Source: Cyanidioschyzon merolae
Lineage: Eukaryota
Direction: 5' to 3' (one strand)
Assembly: GCA_000091205.1 (NCBI GenBank)
Contig: AP006492.2
DNA: 64,000 bases
Shown: positions 12,313 to 24,246 of the stretch, piece after piece
How positions within the stretch are numbered: position 1 is the stretch's first letter
How the letters are laid out: each line of letters opens with the position of its first letter
Translations under genes and position numbers: made by a program
Notes under the pieces: generated by a model
What the model was told of the DNA's origin: nothing
The model's input: only the letters and a program-made list of their open reading frames with translations
Databases searched by the model: none

Positions 12313-12890
12313 GTGTTCCTGTACACACTGGGATTCTGTCGCAAAAAAAGAGTCCAGTTCCACACACGGTTATTCTCTACCGGAATCGCAACACCAGGAT
12401 TCCTGAAACTCAGAGATGGGTATGAAGCAAAGGGGCGTCGGTTTGTTTTTCAGTTGATGGGAATTCCTTCGGATGAAACGGTGGTATCGTGTATGGGTAT
12501 TCGAGCAGCAGGGTGTCCATTGTGTTTACGATCGAGCTCGAAGCGAACAAAAGCATCCTTTGATGTGGCTGCAGTAGATTCATTTAGCGGCCTCAGTTTC
12601 GCTCGTACAGAGGGCTCATACCACACCACCCACTTCGTTGAATCATTGAAGACTTTTGCTCTTATGTTTGGCGAAGTTCTTCAATCGGAGAATGTGGTAT
12701 TCCACCACTAACGTTGTTTTCGAGCTTTTGCCGATTTTATAATGTAGAGCTGCTTTTCATTCCTTCGCACGCTCCGTGGTTCGACCCCATCGAAAGGGTG
12801 TTTTCTATCTTGAAAGGTAATGATCGCTACACTGAGCGAAACGATGAAGCTTTCAGCGAGCTGACACATCGGGGCACATGATGCCATTCT
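12313..12890 (+). mobile_element. Decayed Tc1/mariner/IS630-superfamily DDE transposase remnant (C-terminal catalytic region, frameshifted)
   Basis: FARTEGSYHTTHFVESLKTF resembles the (V/I)FQQDNAxxHT block. In a +2 frame, NVELLFIPSHAPWFDPIERVFSILK matches the LPPYSPDLNPIE signature around the third catalytic acidic residue. An in-frame stop follows soon after. Confidence 0.5.
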
Positions 12891-12992
12891 TCCGCAAGTC
12901 CATCTCCCTCCAGAAAGGTTCTTACCTCGGGCATAAGAAGCGCGTTCGTTTTCAAAATTAAAAATCTAAGGGATGAGCTGGGGCGCAGGCTT

Positions 12993-13358
12993 TTGAAGGC
13001 CCAGATAGAGAGAATGCAACGGAGCGCCTCGGCTGTAGTAAAGCCTGGAGAGCTGGCAGAGGACCAAATGGCACTGGGGGCACGAGTTCTGGAAATCCTT
13101 GCACTAAAAAATTCTACCAGTCTTGATAAACGCATGGAGCTCGTGCACCGAGACTTCAACGCCCCCATCCATATCAGGATGTGTGCGGCGCTGAAAATGC
13201 GACCCGAGGTGTTGACGCGAACGAACTTTGTGGGGCAGCCGCTTAGGCTCGAAGTGTGCAAGGAGAAATTGAAGCCGATGGCAGGGGGCCATTCGAAAAA
13301 AACTGTGAGAAGTCTGTGGGTCGTTATTTATTTACCCCCAGGTCGCGAAAGGTTTTAG
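12993..13358 (+). repeat. Copy F1 of a second small dispersed coding-derived repeat (121 aa ORF)
   Basis: LEILALKNSTSLDKRMELVHRDFNAPIHIRMCAALKMRPEVLTRTNFVGQPLRLEV aligns with GGLLALVRTTNDGKKRMELVNHDFNAAVYDRRCAVLKTRPAELTRTKFVEQPFILYV* at 27926-28130. Nucleotide identity is about 75%. Confidence 0.55.
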
Positions 13359-14219
13359 CTCCACTGAGCAGCCGTGGAGCTTTCCCAGTCAAGATGCAAC
13401 GCACAGACCTATATGGAGATGTTACGACCTGCCCAAGCGATAGGGTGCAAACTTGAGTGTCCTTTTTGTTAGACTTTTCCCAACATAGGGTGCTCGGTGA
13501 ATCTGAATGAACTCTGGAGACTGCGGGACTCCAAAGGTGGCTGTGTTGGCGAGAATTATCGCACGGATCGGATTGCTGCCCGTTCAGGCTCGAAAAGAAG
13601 GTTTCTTAGGGGTTTCCACCACGAATGACTTCACCGAAGCCTTACTGCAGCCTGCTGAGAGCGATGTAGATTTATAAGAAGGATTGCAAACGTTCGCGCA
13701 TGAATGCTGAGGTCCTTACTTAATTCTTAGCATCGTTCTTTCAAAACGCTTGCGCGCTTTCATCACTTGCTCGTTGTTCGCTCTTTTCGGAGCAACATGT
13801 TCCGCAAGCACATTTCTTTCAATCAAATTCAAAACTGACTTAGATAGCGATTATGCTGTTCCCCAGAGGAACGAATCCGCCAAAAGTGAAATAAAAGGCA
13901 AGGTTCGAAGCTTCTCCACAAGGACCGAAAGCCATCCTCATCGAGCTCTTATCTGGTATGCGCATGTTCGCAAGGTTCTAGAAAATTACAGCTCAACGGG
14001 TTTAGCATCTCTCGGTTACCCTCTATAGACATCAAGAGCGCTGGAAATCTGCTCTCTGCTGTATCTGGGGAACCATGAGCATCAACACCGTTCGTGGCAA
14101 TCGAGCGTCAGCTACGAGCAAGCGACGCGCGAACAAATTAGGTACCAATCGGAGACACTTTTCAGCCGTTGTGCGCAGTTGTGGCGGAAGACCCTTGCGG
14201 TTATCATTTACCGACAGAG

Positions 14220-14447
14220 ATGCCTGTGTCCTTAAAGAGGTTGCAAGCGCGCCAGGAACGAGTCGCGAGTGGTCTGGAGAGAAAGGTAACACGAGTGACG
14301 TCGAAAGGTCCGAAGGCGAAGGGTGTGCAGTCGAAAAATCTCAATCCGTACCTTGTGGGGTTTTTACTCTTCATCCTTGTCGGAGGTGCTTTGTTGCCGC
14401 ACGTACAGCGGTACATTATGGGTTTTTTTGCTTCCGCAGAGATCTGA
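14220..14447 (+). CDS. Small tail-anchored protein, SERP1/RAMP4/Ysy6-like (75 aa)
   Basis: A basic N-terminal half is followed by a single C-terminal TM with the motif NPYLVGFLLFILVGGALL. Compare Ysy6 TWLGILLFLLVGGGVL and RAMP4 PWLLALFIFVVCGSAIF. ATG verified at 14220. Confidence 0.4.
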   Translation: MPVSLKRLQARQERVASGLERKVTRVTSKGPKAKGVQSKNLNPYLVGFLLFILVGGALLPHVQRYIMGFFASAEI

Positions 14448-14872
14448 GGTGTAGGAGAAAGACTAGAATGTTTCGAATGCGAGGAAATAAGTACGACCAG
14501 ATTGCTGAGGCAGAGGCGCGAAACTGAGGAGACCTTACCTGCTATCGTAGAGACTCGTAGGCTTCGCCCAGTGACTGCAGCCCTTTCAGAAGCAGATGGA
14601 ATATTGTAATTGTCGTAGCTAAGACGCGACTACAACGGTTCCGAACGCGACGGAGGGCACGGATCCGTCGTTGAGTCCCGGACCTTGTAAGATATGGTTC
14701 GTTCAAAGCATCACGCGATATGCTAGCGTGTTTGGCTCGTTGTTATCATACGAATACCCTTCTGGTTGCCGCAGCGATGCTTCAGAAACGTAGCCACGTA
14801 TCATTTAGGGCCGCTAATCTCATGTCAGAATAAAAGTGGAATGGGTCTGCGTACCTGACTCGAGCGTACTGT

Positions 14873-16450
14873 CTAGAGCATGTGGGTGTTCCTCTTGCCA
14901 TCAACTCCAGCCTCTGCGAGCGTTGACTTCGACGGCTTCCTTTTCCTATCTAATATCTCGGTCCTTAAACTTGCAGGTCGCTCCGTTCCATCCAGCTCAG
15001 GTGTCAGCAGTCGAAGGATATTGATGACAGCGCCCGTTTGCTGATTCTCGTGCCTCCGGATCTTCTTCCCGCATTCCATGGACGCACGGAGTTTGCGATC
15101 TGCACTTACCCTCCCGGTTTCGTCTTCTTTGTAGACACCCTCGGAGCGCCCTTCGCACCAGTGGCACTTGGCTGTGGTCAACCGTACCCATACATCCGCC
15201 AAACATCCTCGTTCGATTGCCGGCCCGCGGCTCGTCAACCCTTGCTTCGTCACCCTACACATGTATTCGACTGGTATAGGATGCTCCCTGCGATGCCCTC
15301 CTCCATTTCCGCACCCGGTGCTGTACCCAGCGATCACGGGTTTCTTCAAGACAATCCCGTAGAAAAGTACTCTGTCCGCTACACACGCAAGCGCACGCAA
15401 GCACACGGTGTTCCATTCGATAAAGTATTTGTGGAACGCTGTTATGCACAGGATCACACAAAGGCTGGAAGGAAAATCAGACAAGCAGAGCAAGTCGAGA
15501 ACTTTCGATTCATCTGCGTTCCCGGTGCATCAAGTAGAACCGCAAGCTCTATTGGAAGCGATCGCTGCGATGACTTACGTCCGAGTCCAAGAACATATGC
15601 CATTCAAACAGCTTGAATGGGTCTGCAGGCAACGTACCCCATGAGAGCCATTTTGCTGCTGAGGAATCGCATATCATAGATGGCTACGTGAAGCGGAGGC
15701 TTTGTCTATCGAACGGAATCGATTACTTCACGTGAGCAGCCCATTGAACATCGGCCATGATCTTGTAGAGCAGTCATCAAGTGCAGACGTCGTGTTTTTG
15801 TTTCCTCGTGGATGCATCGGCCCGTGATTCTGGGCCTACGAGTTTCCTTGAGAAAGCAAGATCGAAAATGGAGAATGTTTGACATGAGGATGCGACACGC
15901 ACGGAAATTAGAAGAGTGAACGCTCGTATTTCTGAACCGGATAATAATGTCATTTGTGTTATGAACCGTTATTCGTGGGCTTTGCAAAATATCTTGGTAC
16001 CCGTGATGAGACGCATTGCATAGGAGAAGACTCGATAGGACCTCCGCAAAGACGAATGAGATCCCTGCAACTGCTTATGAATCCATAAGTCCTTATTGCT
16101 GCTCGTTGAATGCCGAGGCTGTACATCCCAGAAAATTTCGGAACAAATCGAAATGCAGGAAGAAAGCAGTCAGTTCGATTTCCATTTTTACGCGGGACGA
16201 GTGTTTGAGCAGTTCTTCGCGCCGAGTAGCGGTCCCTCCATCGGTTCTGACCCGGCTCGATCCACAAATGGCTTCGTTGCCCTAGCTGTAATGGCCGTTT
16301 TTTAAGTATTTCGCCAACAATACAATGGTATATTATCTTGCAGAATACTCGAACCCTCGTCCAGCCTGAATCGAAAATTCTGCAAAGTGTATCACGCGCA
16401 TTATGCACCTCATCCCCAACTCGTAGCGTCATATCAGGCGGCAGTGCAAT
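14873..16450 (-). repeat. Copy C (partial, C-terminal half) of the roughly 3.4 kb decayed element family. It is truncated at the Miro gene
   Basis: IHEETKTRRL...DHGRCSMGC matches A's YKTEETSQV...HDGRFHTCQ. AGYSTGCGNGGGHRREHPIP matches A's VVAYGGGHAVPRNDCTPAP. AKCHWCEGRSEGVYKEDETGR matches A's HCAKVQCTREEIKTGGQERR. Confidence 0.55.
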
Positions 16451-16654
16451 GGTCGCATAAGCACTACGTCCAAGCGGAAACGACCGAAATAGTCAGCTAG
16501 ATGGCGCGTTCCCGTCAAGATCATCTTATCTTCCGACAAGAATATCCAAGTACACTTCACTCTACACGCTTTGGGTTAAGTACGACCCAGATTGAAGCCT
16601 CTGTGGAAGTTTAGGCGGGATCTTTTAGACGCTTTCTGGTATAGCTGCATCGCC

Positions 16655-18646
16655 CTAGTTTGCGCGCGCCGCTGGCCTCCCGTCCTTCACCATTTTGTAA
16701 ATTTTCTTACCCGCCAAATAGACGCAGCCAGCAACAGCGCCAATCAGGGCAGTGCCAGCAGCATACCGAAGCACTTGTCTTGTAACTGTGCTCTTTGACT
16801 CCATTTGTGGCCTGCCCGTGGGTGTCAAACAAAGCATCGCCACGGATGAATATACCTGCACAGGAGGGCTCTCACGGAAAGATATTTTTGTCGGCAACGA
16901 TAGACCCTCATCCATACAGAACTTCGAGGGACTGTCCGGCCACTCCTGTTCTACAGCGGGAAGATCTTGCTTGCTAGCCAGTATTAGGCACGGCAAATCG
17001 GGTCGTATCGTTCTGAGCGCCCCAAATAATCGCGCAACGTATCCGAACGATGAGGCATCGCTTAAATCGTAGATTAGGACGGCTGCGTCACATGACTCTA
17101 TCTCCCTCTCTGACGCCAGGAATTCATCCACCACATGGTCCGAAATCTCCGTGAGTACGAGGGTCCTTGTCAACACTCGGGGCTCAGTCGCAGATCCTGT
17201 ATTCGGAAGTGCAATTTTCAGGGATGCTGAAGCAGCAAGTCGACCTTTCGTGTGGGCAAGGTTTTCACTGAAACGCCTCCCAACAAAAGCTCGCAAAAAA
17301 CTAGTCTTCCCGGCCCCGGTTGGCCCCAGAATGCATGCATGCAGCACAGTGCGTGACGAGATCGTAGCGCGGCGCTCGCGGCGTCGGCGCTTCGTGACTC
17401 GTACCGCGGACAATGCGTCCCCGTCGTATCCAACGTATATGAGATTCAGCAGAGCGAGCTCTGGGTCAGCAAGGAATCGCTGGCACCAGCAGCTGATAAA
17501 TCCTTCCAGTTCAAGATGGCCCTTCGGATTCAGCCGGGTGAGAACAGGATACTGCGTTCCAACTGCCTCGGTGTTCGACTCGTTCTCGACTCCGAGGTAG
17601 AGATGGAAGCTCACGTCCGGCGGCACAGGGCTGAAAACCTCTGCTAGCTCCGTTGGTGAGAGTGCATTGTCCTTGTCGGCATCACAGAGCCCGAAGATGC
17701 GCTCCAGAAACTTGAGACAATGCTCCGTCATTTCTATGCTTTGATCTGGCTGGCGGCGCAGTTCAGGTACAACCTGTGCCAGGTTCAGCCGGAGATCGTC
17801 GTCGTACCCGAAACGCCGAAATACCGTCCAGCAAGTCTCTGCTCGTCCCTTGATAATGAAGAGAGTGTGCAAGTAAAGAAACCCATCAAAAGTGAGATTC
17901 CCGTCCGCGTCTAGCCCGCTCCGAGCATTCTCGCGCACGACGTTTTTGACTCCGACGAGCTCCTCGTTTCGCAAATGAACATTAAAGCACTTGAACTGAA
18001 ACTCATTCAACTCGTGATCATTCAGTTTTCCATCATGATCCGCATCACATAAGCGGAAAATCCGCTTCAGGGCGGCAACGGCAAGCGGTTTCAGCCGATG
18101 TTCCTTGACGTCATATATTGGTGCAGTTGGATGCAAGACAGCCTTTTGCGCAAAGTAAAATACCTCGGCTACGTTAAAAAGCTGCTTGGAAGATGCTTCG
18201 ATGCACGTTTCCAAATTTTTGTACTCGTTCATAATAGGCATGATTTCGTTTTCTAAGGAATACGATGGGTTCTCGGCCGAGCCCCCGCGCAGATCCATTT
18301 TATTACCCACAAGAATAACGGGCACATCCAGACGCAGTCGGTCGAATTCGTGTAGCCAGAACGAGCGGACACGTTGCAGAGCATCTTTCTTTGATACATC
18401 GTACACAAGGACGATAACGTCGGCCCTCAGAAGTTCCCCCTCCAGCTGGGCCTTGTCTGCTGGTTTTGAGGACGTGTCCACAATAGACACGTGCACTCTC
18501 TCAGGAACGACCTCCGGAGGGATCACAACCACCGGAAGCGTCGGGGGCACCTCATTATCAAACTCTTCGGAGATCAAAGTCTTGATCAGCGAGGTCTTTC
18601 CTGCGGAGTGGTCTCCGACCACCACGATTCGAACAGACTCCTTCAT
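16655..18646 (-). CDS. MIRO: Mitochondrial Rho GTPase (Miro): two GTPase domains flanking two EF-hands, with a C-terminal tail anchor. True ATG is at MKESVRIVVVGD; the track's TTG start is 5 codons upstream
   Basis: VVVGDHSAGKTSLI in GTPase 1. DADHDGKLNDHELNEF and DADKDNALSPTELAEVF are the EF-hands. ILGPTGAGKTSFLRAF in GTPase 2. The C-terminal TM is LIGAVAGCVYLAGKKIY. Confidence 0.9.
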   Translation of the reverse strand: MKESVRIVVVGDHSAGKTSLIKTLISEEFDNEVPPTLPVVVIPPEVVPERVHVSIVDTSSKPADKAQLEGELLRADVIVLVYDVSKKDALQRVRSFWLHEFDRLRLDVPVILVGNKMDLRGGSAENPSYSLENEIMPIMNEYKNLETCIEASSKQLFNVAEVFYFAQKAVLHPTAPIYDVKEHRLKPLAVAALKRIFRLCDADHDGKLNDHELNEFQFKCFNVHLRNEELVGVKNVVRENARSGLDADGNLTFDGFLYLHTLFIIKGRAETCWTVFRRFGYDDDLRLNLAQVVPELRRQPDQSIEMTEHCLKFLERIFGLCDADKDNALSPTELAEVFSPVPPDVSFHLYLGVENESNTEAVGTQYPVLTRLNPKGHLELEGFISCWCQRFLADPELALLNLIYVGYDGDALSAVRVTKRRRRERRATISSRTVLHACILGPTGAGKTSFLRAFVGRRFSENLAHTKGRLAASASLKIALPNTGSATEPRVLTRTLVLTEISDHVVDEFLASEREIESCDAAVLIYDLSDASSFGYVARLFGALRTIRPDLPCLILASKQDLPAVEQEWPDSPSKFCMDEGLSLPTKISFRESPPVQVYSSVAMLCLTPTGRPQMESKSTVTRQVLRYAAGTALIGAVAGCVYLAGKKIYKMVKDGRPAARAN

Positions 18647-20485
18647 AGATCCAGTGGCCAACCGATTGTCAAACTTAGAGGGTCAAGGTGCGTTCCAATA
18701 CAGCCCTCGAGCCACGTTTCGAGGCTATATAGGTCCTTGTGCCACGGAGATGTCAAAGATTGCCACGAACTAGCTTGAGCGTTCGTGGAACCTTCAGTGG
18801 TGCGTTGGCCCAGAGCAATCGTCAACCAAAAGTTTACTGCACCACAAACCGTGACGACTCGCTAGAAGACTGAGCGATTTCCTTGCGAAAAGCGGAAGCA
18901 ACTTTACCTTGCGAGCAATAGGAAAGGTGGTCGCGAAGCCGGTGCTGTGAATGCTGTTCAGGGAGTAGAGACGACGGCTGCTTACGTAGCGGCAAGTTCA
19001 TGATCTGGACATAAGGCAAGAATAAAATGTACATTTTGGACATTGACGTCGTTCCCGCCAGGAACATCCATGCACGTTATTGCAGCAGACATTTCCGAGA
19101 GAAGAACTTGCTTCACGAGGTTCAGCTTAAAATCGTTGGCCCCAGCTCGCAAAGTTTCCATTCCTGCCACCTGTGTAGTCTTCGTTGTGCCTCGAGCTGA
19201 CGCACGCAAGTACATAGCGACCGGTGCGAATACTCCAGAATTGCAGCATGTGCTCACGCCAGGCGCGGTAAGTGAACGGTTCGCTGAATCGAACGTCACC
19301 GTATCCCTGTCGGGAACACTCGCCTGCGGTAGGCGCACTGTAGAAGCCTCTGGGGAAGAACACACGTCTTTTGTCGGGTTGGTACAAGCAATAGCGCTTT
19401 TAAACCTGTGTCATATTGAAATAGAAAAATGAACTGCTCTCTCTGTTCCTGCCTTGCGATTGTTTTCCGAACTGGCTAGGGAATAATTTCTCAAAATTCG
19501 ACGCACAGAAATTACAGGTTAAAGATCTACACGCAGTTCTTGGATCCTCGCACGCCTTTTTCGAGTTGCTGCCTCGAAGCCTTGCCGCTGGAATTCGTTC
19601 ATTCATCGAATTCAAGATGATTCGCGAAGCCCACGAACAGTGGTTCGTCAAATAATCGATATCATCGCCCAACTCATACTTAAAAGCTTCTACTGCTCTA
19701 ACTTGCCTAGGTTTAACGTGTTCAAATGACGCATGCTCGAAATTTTCGATCTTTTTGCTTCAAGGCAGCATGCAAGTGCAGAAATTCGCGCCGCAGCATT
19801 GACGAGGATGAAAACTCGACATCGTCTCGTAACGGCTTCTCCACAAACTCATGCCAAAGAATCGATTTCGTTCGAAAGAAAAAAAAAAGTAGCCACGCTC
19901 TGTGGTATTCGATTAAAAGGCATTCCATGGCAGCATGAAACTTGCCAAGCAATCCATTTAAAGAGACTCTTTTTTCCTCTACATGGATGGAAATGGGTCT
20001 TGAACCCGGAATTCAGACACCGCAGCGATTGCTTCCAATGGGGACTACGTCGCCGCTCTGCAGAAAGAGAGCGCAGATAAATCGAAGCTTCTTGGGTTGA
20101 TCTTTAGTCTGGGTTTTCCTTCTGGTAGTTATTTCACTACAGACGACATTGTGTTCCTCAAATCCTATATTCAGTGGAGCAGCCTGCGCTTGCGCGTTCA
20201 GCGGACATGGCATCTACCGAGGGACTGCCATGAAAAAGCTTGCGATAGTATACTACGGCACTGCGCGCGTATAATGAGCGGGGTATCAAGGACGCTTTCA
20301 GTATTCGTTATAGGTATGAACCGGGCGATGAAGTAGGCGTACATGCACCAAAGAGGAGCCCTTTGAGGAGGGGCTGTCATGGACATTAGGGAACACCTGA
20401 AGATAACCATGTGTCTTTGCTACGAAAGGTGCTCCGAGATAGCATAAAAAGAGGATGAAAATGACATGCAATGCATAGATCGCAT

Positions 20486-23400
20486 CTATGCTCCGTTCAA
20501 AAATGCTTTGGCAACAGCCGGAATTGACGTAATCCAGACTTTATCGTTGCCTTTAACGTTTTTTCTGTCGATAACGGAGCTCGGAAGTCTGTAATACCGC
20601 CTTATTTGAAGCGTATGTGAGAGAGATGACCAGGAAGCATTCGTAAAAAGAAGCTTATACGTGCTACTGTTATAGACAGTTGTAAAAGACACGATTTTTC
20701 TAGCGTATGCTCATAGCGGATGACTCGTTCATTTTTATTTTTACATGTTTGTAGAGGATTCTGCTGTAAATCACTGATCTCACACAAGAGCAAATGCGTC
20801 CTCCAAGGAACCTGTGACAACTCCCAACGTGTTCAACGTCCGGCATTCGTCGCCGAGGCTGCACAGACTGTGTTACCATGAAGCAACATAGTTCTTATCC
20901 TTTGGCATACATTCGCAGTATATTAGAACTTTGGGCATCATAAATCAACATGTTTGGCGAAGCTTGACCATAGATTCATGTTACTCAGGTTGTGCACCCC
21001 TTGCAGAAGATGCAAACTTTTTGAGCATGGCGACGTACTCCGGCGGCGTACGAGTGCGTTATCGCTTTAACATTAGTTTCCGTCGACGTTCCATTGAGTA
21101 GCGACATGAACTCGATCGTTCGTTCGTACCCTGAAACAGACCAGCAGGACCGGACTGTGTAGACGAGGCAAGAAGCGCTATGTGAAAGCATTTACGTATA
21201 TTTTACCCTGTCATCGAGGTGCTGTACAAAAAGACAGCGAAATTACAACTGTTTCTGTTCCTTTGTTGAAGAGTATCCCACCAGCATTCAATAAGACAGG
21301 ATTTGTGTCCAGGTATTGGGTAAGGGATCGCCCTAAATGTGATAAAACGGAGAGGCTCCTGTACATAGTGATGTTGAATAGCAGAACACTACTGTGGTTC
21401 ACGAGTATTCCCGAAAAATTTCTCCCGGTGTATATCTACGGCGCTCCGGTCTTGGCAAAATGCTGAACTGAACCGTCCCTGTGCCATGGCCGAAGCGAGA
21501 ACCCAATGACCTCTCTCCTGATCACTGCTTCTTTTCATCGAAAGTCTTCAGTGTTTCTTCGAACTGCTCACACCTAGTACTGAAATATTTCCGCAAAATC
21601 TCGCCAGATGCAAAGCCGCTGGACATTGCAGAAGCACCAGACATTGCCGGATATTGATCAGGGCGTTCAAGTCTCGGTGTAGAAAAGTGCTTTCGTGCTG
21701 CGTCGCTGGTGAAATCCCATCTCAGCAATCCGTTCACATGTGATTGCCTCGCCGTCTGTCCTTCTGTTAGCGTACCGTACAGCATGCAGAGCATCTGGCT
21801 CTGTTTCACGCTCTTGTTCTCTAACTGATTCAGCATACAAGCGTGCTTGTGATGAATGTACGTCGTCTCGTAGTCATAGACGGAGATCGTACAATATCGA
21901 TTCCTGTGGTCTTTGAACGCTTCGGCAGCGGGCGCGAGCGTGCAGTATTCACGCTCTACAGCACGTGCAGCAATCTAGGCTTCCTTAAACCGACGCGGTA
22001 TGTTGGCAAGTTTTGCGTCCAACGAAGTGAATATGTTGGGAAATGTGCACCTGATGTACCCGTACACGCGGAAGCGCTGGCGAACCCAGCCCGATCGCAT
22101 GCACCCCCACCCGTGCCCGAAACCGTCCATATGAGCCATTTGGACGCTCATGTAAGCTATGAATGAAGCGCCCAGAGCGTTTCCCCTGTTCGATACAGGG
22201 CAGGGAACGTCGCGATGGGTCCTGACACCATCATTCGACCGGTGGTTGTACCTCGTGGCCTCCATCACGTCCCATTCCCAATGAAACCGAATCCAGGAAA
22301 ATCAGATTGTATGGTACGTTCAGCGCCGAGCACCAGTTGTTGCACAAAGGAGTTATCGAAAGATACCACAGCGATGTGTGCAGCAGGCATGCCCTGCGTC
22401 ATGAACGCCCCCGAGGAGGTGCTCGTCAATCTCCGTACAAGCGCGGAAGCTGTCCGAGGTAAATTCGAATAGAAGGCTATGCAAATCCGAATGGCGTTAT
22501 GCATGACAAGTTTTAAAAGATTCCCGCAGTTGATGTGTTTGGGTAGTGAGGCCTCGAAAAGTGTTTCAGCCTGGTCATTCCGATTTTGCAGGGGCTTACT
22601 TGCTGTCACCTCTCGTCCTCTTCTCGAGAGGATCCTTCTTTTTCTGGAAGTTTCTTCTCCTTCACCTTAAGTTGACGGCGCCGCATGAATGTTGCCGTTA
22701 TATTCAATATCCGTTTTTTTCGGATTCCAGACGCTCTGGATGGACGGCGGCACTGAGTCTTGCCTTTACTATGCATGTAGCGACTGTTCTTCAAGAACGT
22801 TTCCTCATGCTCTCCGTCGCGAGGGCGACAACGGCCCGACGCGTGCCCCTCCGCCTGCTCCGGTGCTCGAGTGGATGTGCAACACAGCAGTCCACGGCTA
22901 CTCAAAGCAGAGAACGCTACACCGAAGGACACGTCTTCACGGATGAGAGCAGCTCTTCTTTTGATCCGCGAGCATAAAAAAGGAGGTTTACGGCAGAAAA
23001 GACGTTTTCGACTGGATTTTTCGATGGAGAACATACTGGCACGAAGAGCAACTCCACGCCGATCGTAGCTGCTTCCTCTCTGTCCGGTTGCGATTGATGG
23101 AAAGCGGCATTGTCTGAGAGCGAAACAGATGGATCTGGAGCGCAGAAGCTCTATAATGGTTCGACGTAGCAAAATGTGCTGAACCGTGGTGTCGGTCGAG
23201 CGGTTCGTCGTTGACTCACGAATGCATCGCCGATGAGTCTCGTTTTGTGGCCATGCGGACTTGGCTCTTCTTTAATAACAGCCGTGAGCCTCTCTTTGAA
23301 TTCCCATATGCATGTCTGGCTCTTCTCCCGAATGAATTCTTATCGAGTGCGACGAGCAGCCGTCTCTCTTGGACTCAGCGTTGACGTTTCAGTGTGAAAT

Positions 23401-23880
23401 CGATCAAGCGCTATTCAACGCGCGACGGTGTCGCGCAGAAATGTGCTTTTCGCCTCGGCCACCAGCGTCTCTTCATCACCGTACGTGTCAACGGTTAGGA
23501 AACTTAGTATCCTGTTGATTATTCAGCAGAATTCATTAGAAAGCTTACGGAGTGAAATGGAATGACGAGGAGACAGCCGTGCAGGCACTGTTTGATGAGA
23601 TATGTTTCTTTGGCATGACATTCAGAATAAGAACTACAAGAAGGGTCGCTTATCCATCTGCTGACCTTAGAATGATTGAATTCTATAAGTAAAGCAGCTT
23701 TTCGCAAGCCAGCGACGACAGCAAAGCATCTTTCCGCGACCTTTTTCCAATAAAAACAAGAAATGCCTTGTGTTATATACCTGAGAGAACAAAAAACGAA
23801 CACAATAAGAGCCTAGTGGTATAATTATTCCAGAATCCGCTGCTCTAAATATATCTGCTAGCATGCTGGTGCTGTCGCGA
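20486..23880 (-). repeat. Copy B (full length, about 3.4 kb) of the decayed element family, with in-frame stops and frameshifts (pseudogene state)
   Basis: Colinear with copy A at an offset of about +17560 and about 65-70% nt identity. There is a stop codon where A has Trp in the conserved RFHTET...FIREK block. VKGNDKVWITSIPAVAKAF matches A's IKTGGQERRPWILSWSTAL. Confidence 0.6.
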
Positions 23881-24246
23881 GGCGCGAACGCTTTGTGTAG
23901 AGACCTCATGCGGTATCATGACGACCTTTTCACTTTTCCGGGAGAATGTGAACATCCTGGTATTTGGCAGCGGAGTAGCCAAGCACTTTAGCAACTGAGC
24001 ATTATTCACAAACAGCAGGCGCGAGTACGCAGATTCGGTTTTTAATCTCCCAAGATAGTACAGAGGACAGGTACACGAAAGCGCAACTCTGACTTGGGCT
24101 CATTCCGAATACGTTTCTTATCATTACACGCAACCAAACCTTCAAAAATAACGTTTCGACGGGCCCAAAGTCTGCGATTCTTGTCATAGCTACAGCGCTT
24201 AGAGGCATCTGTGGGAAAGCTGGATAGCAACAGCGGATGTAGCGCC

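Noticed and set aside
12768-12800. T-arm-like GGTTCGACCCC, a possible tRNA
   Set aside because: The flanking sequence cannot form the 5-bp T-stem or an acceptor or D arm. It lies inside the transposase-fossil reading frame (...APWFDPIE...).
21905-21925. gcttcggcagc, resembling the U6 snRNA 5' stem-loop
   Set aside because: The following bases (gggcgcgag) do not match the invariant U6 ACATATACTAAAATTGG. It is a chance 11-mer.
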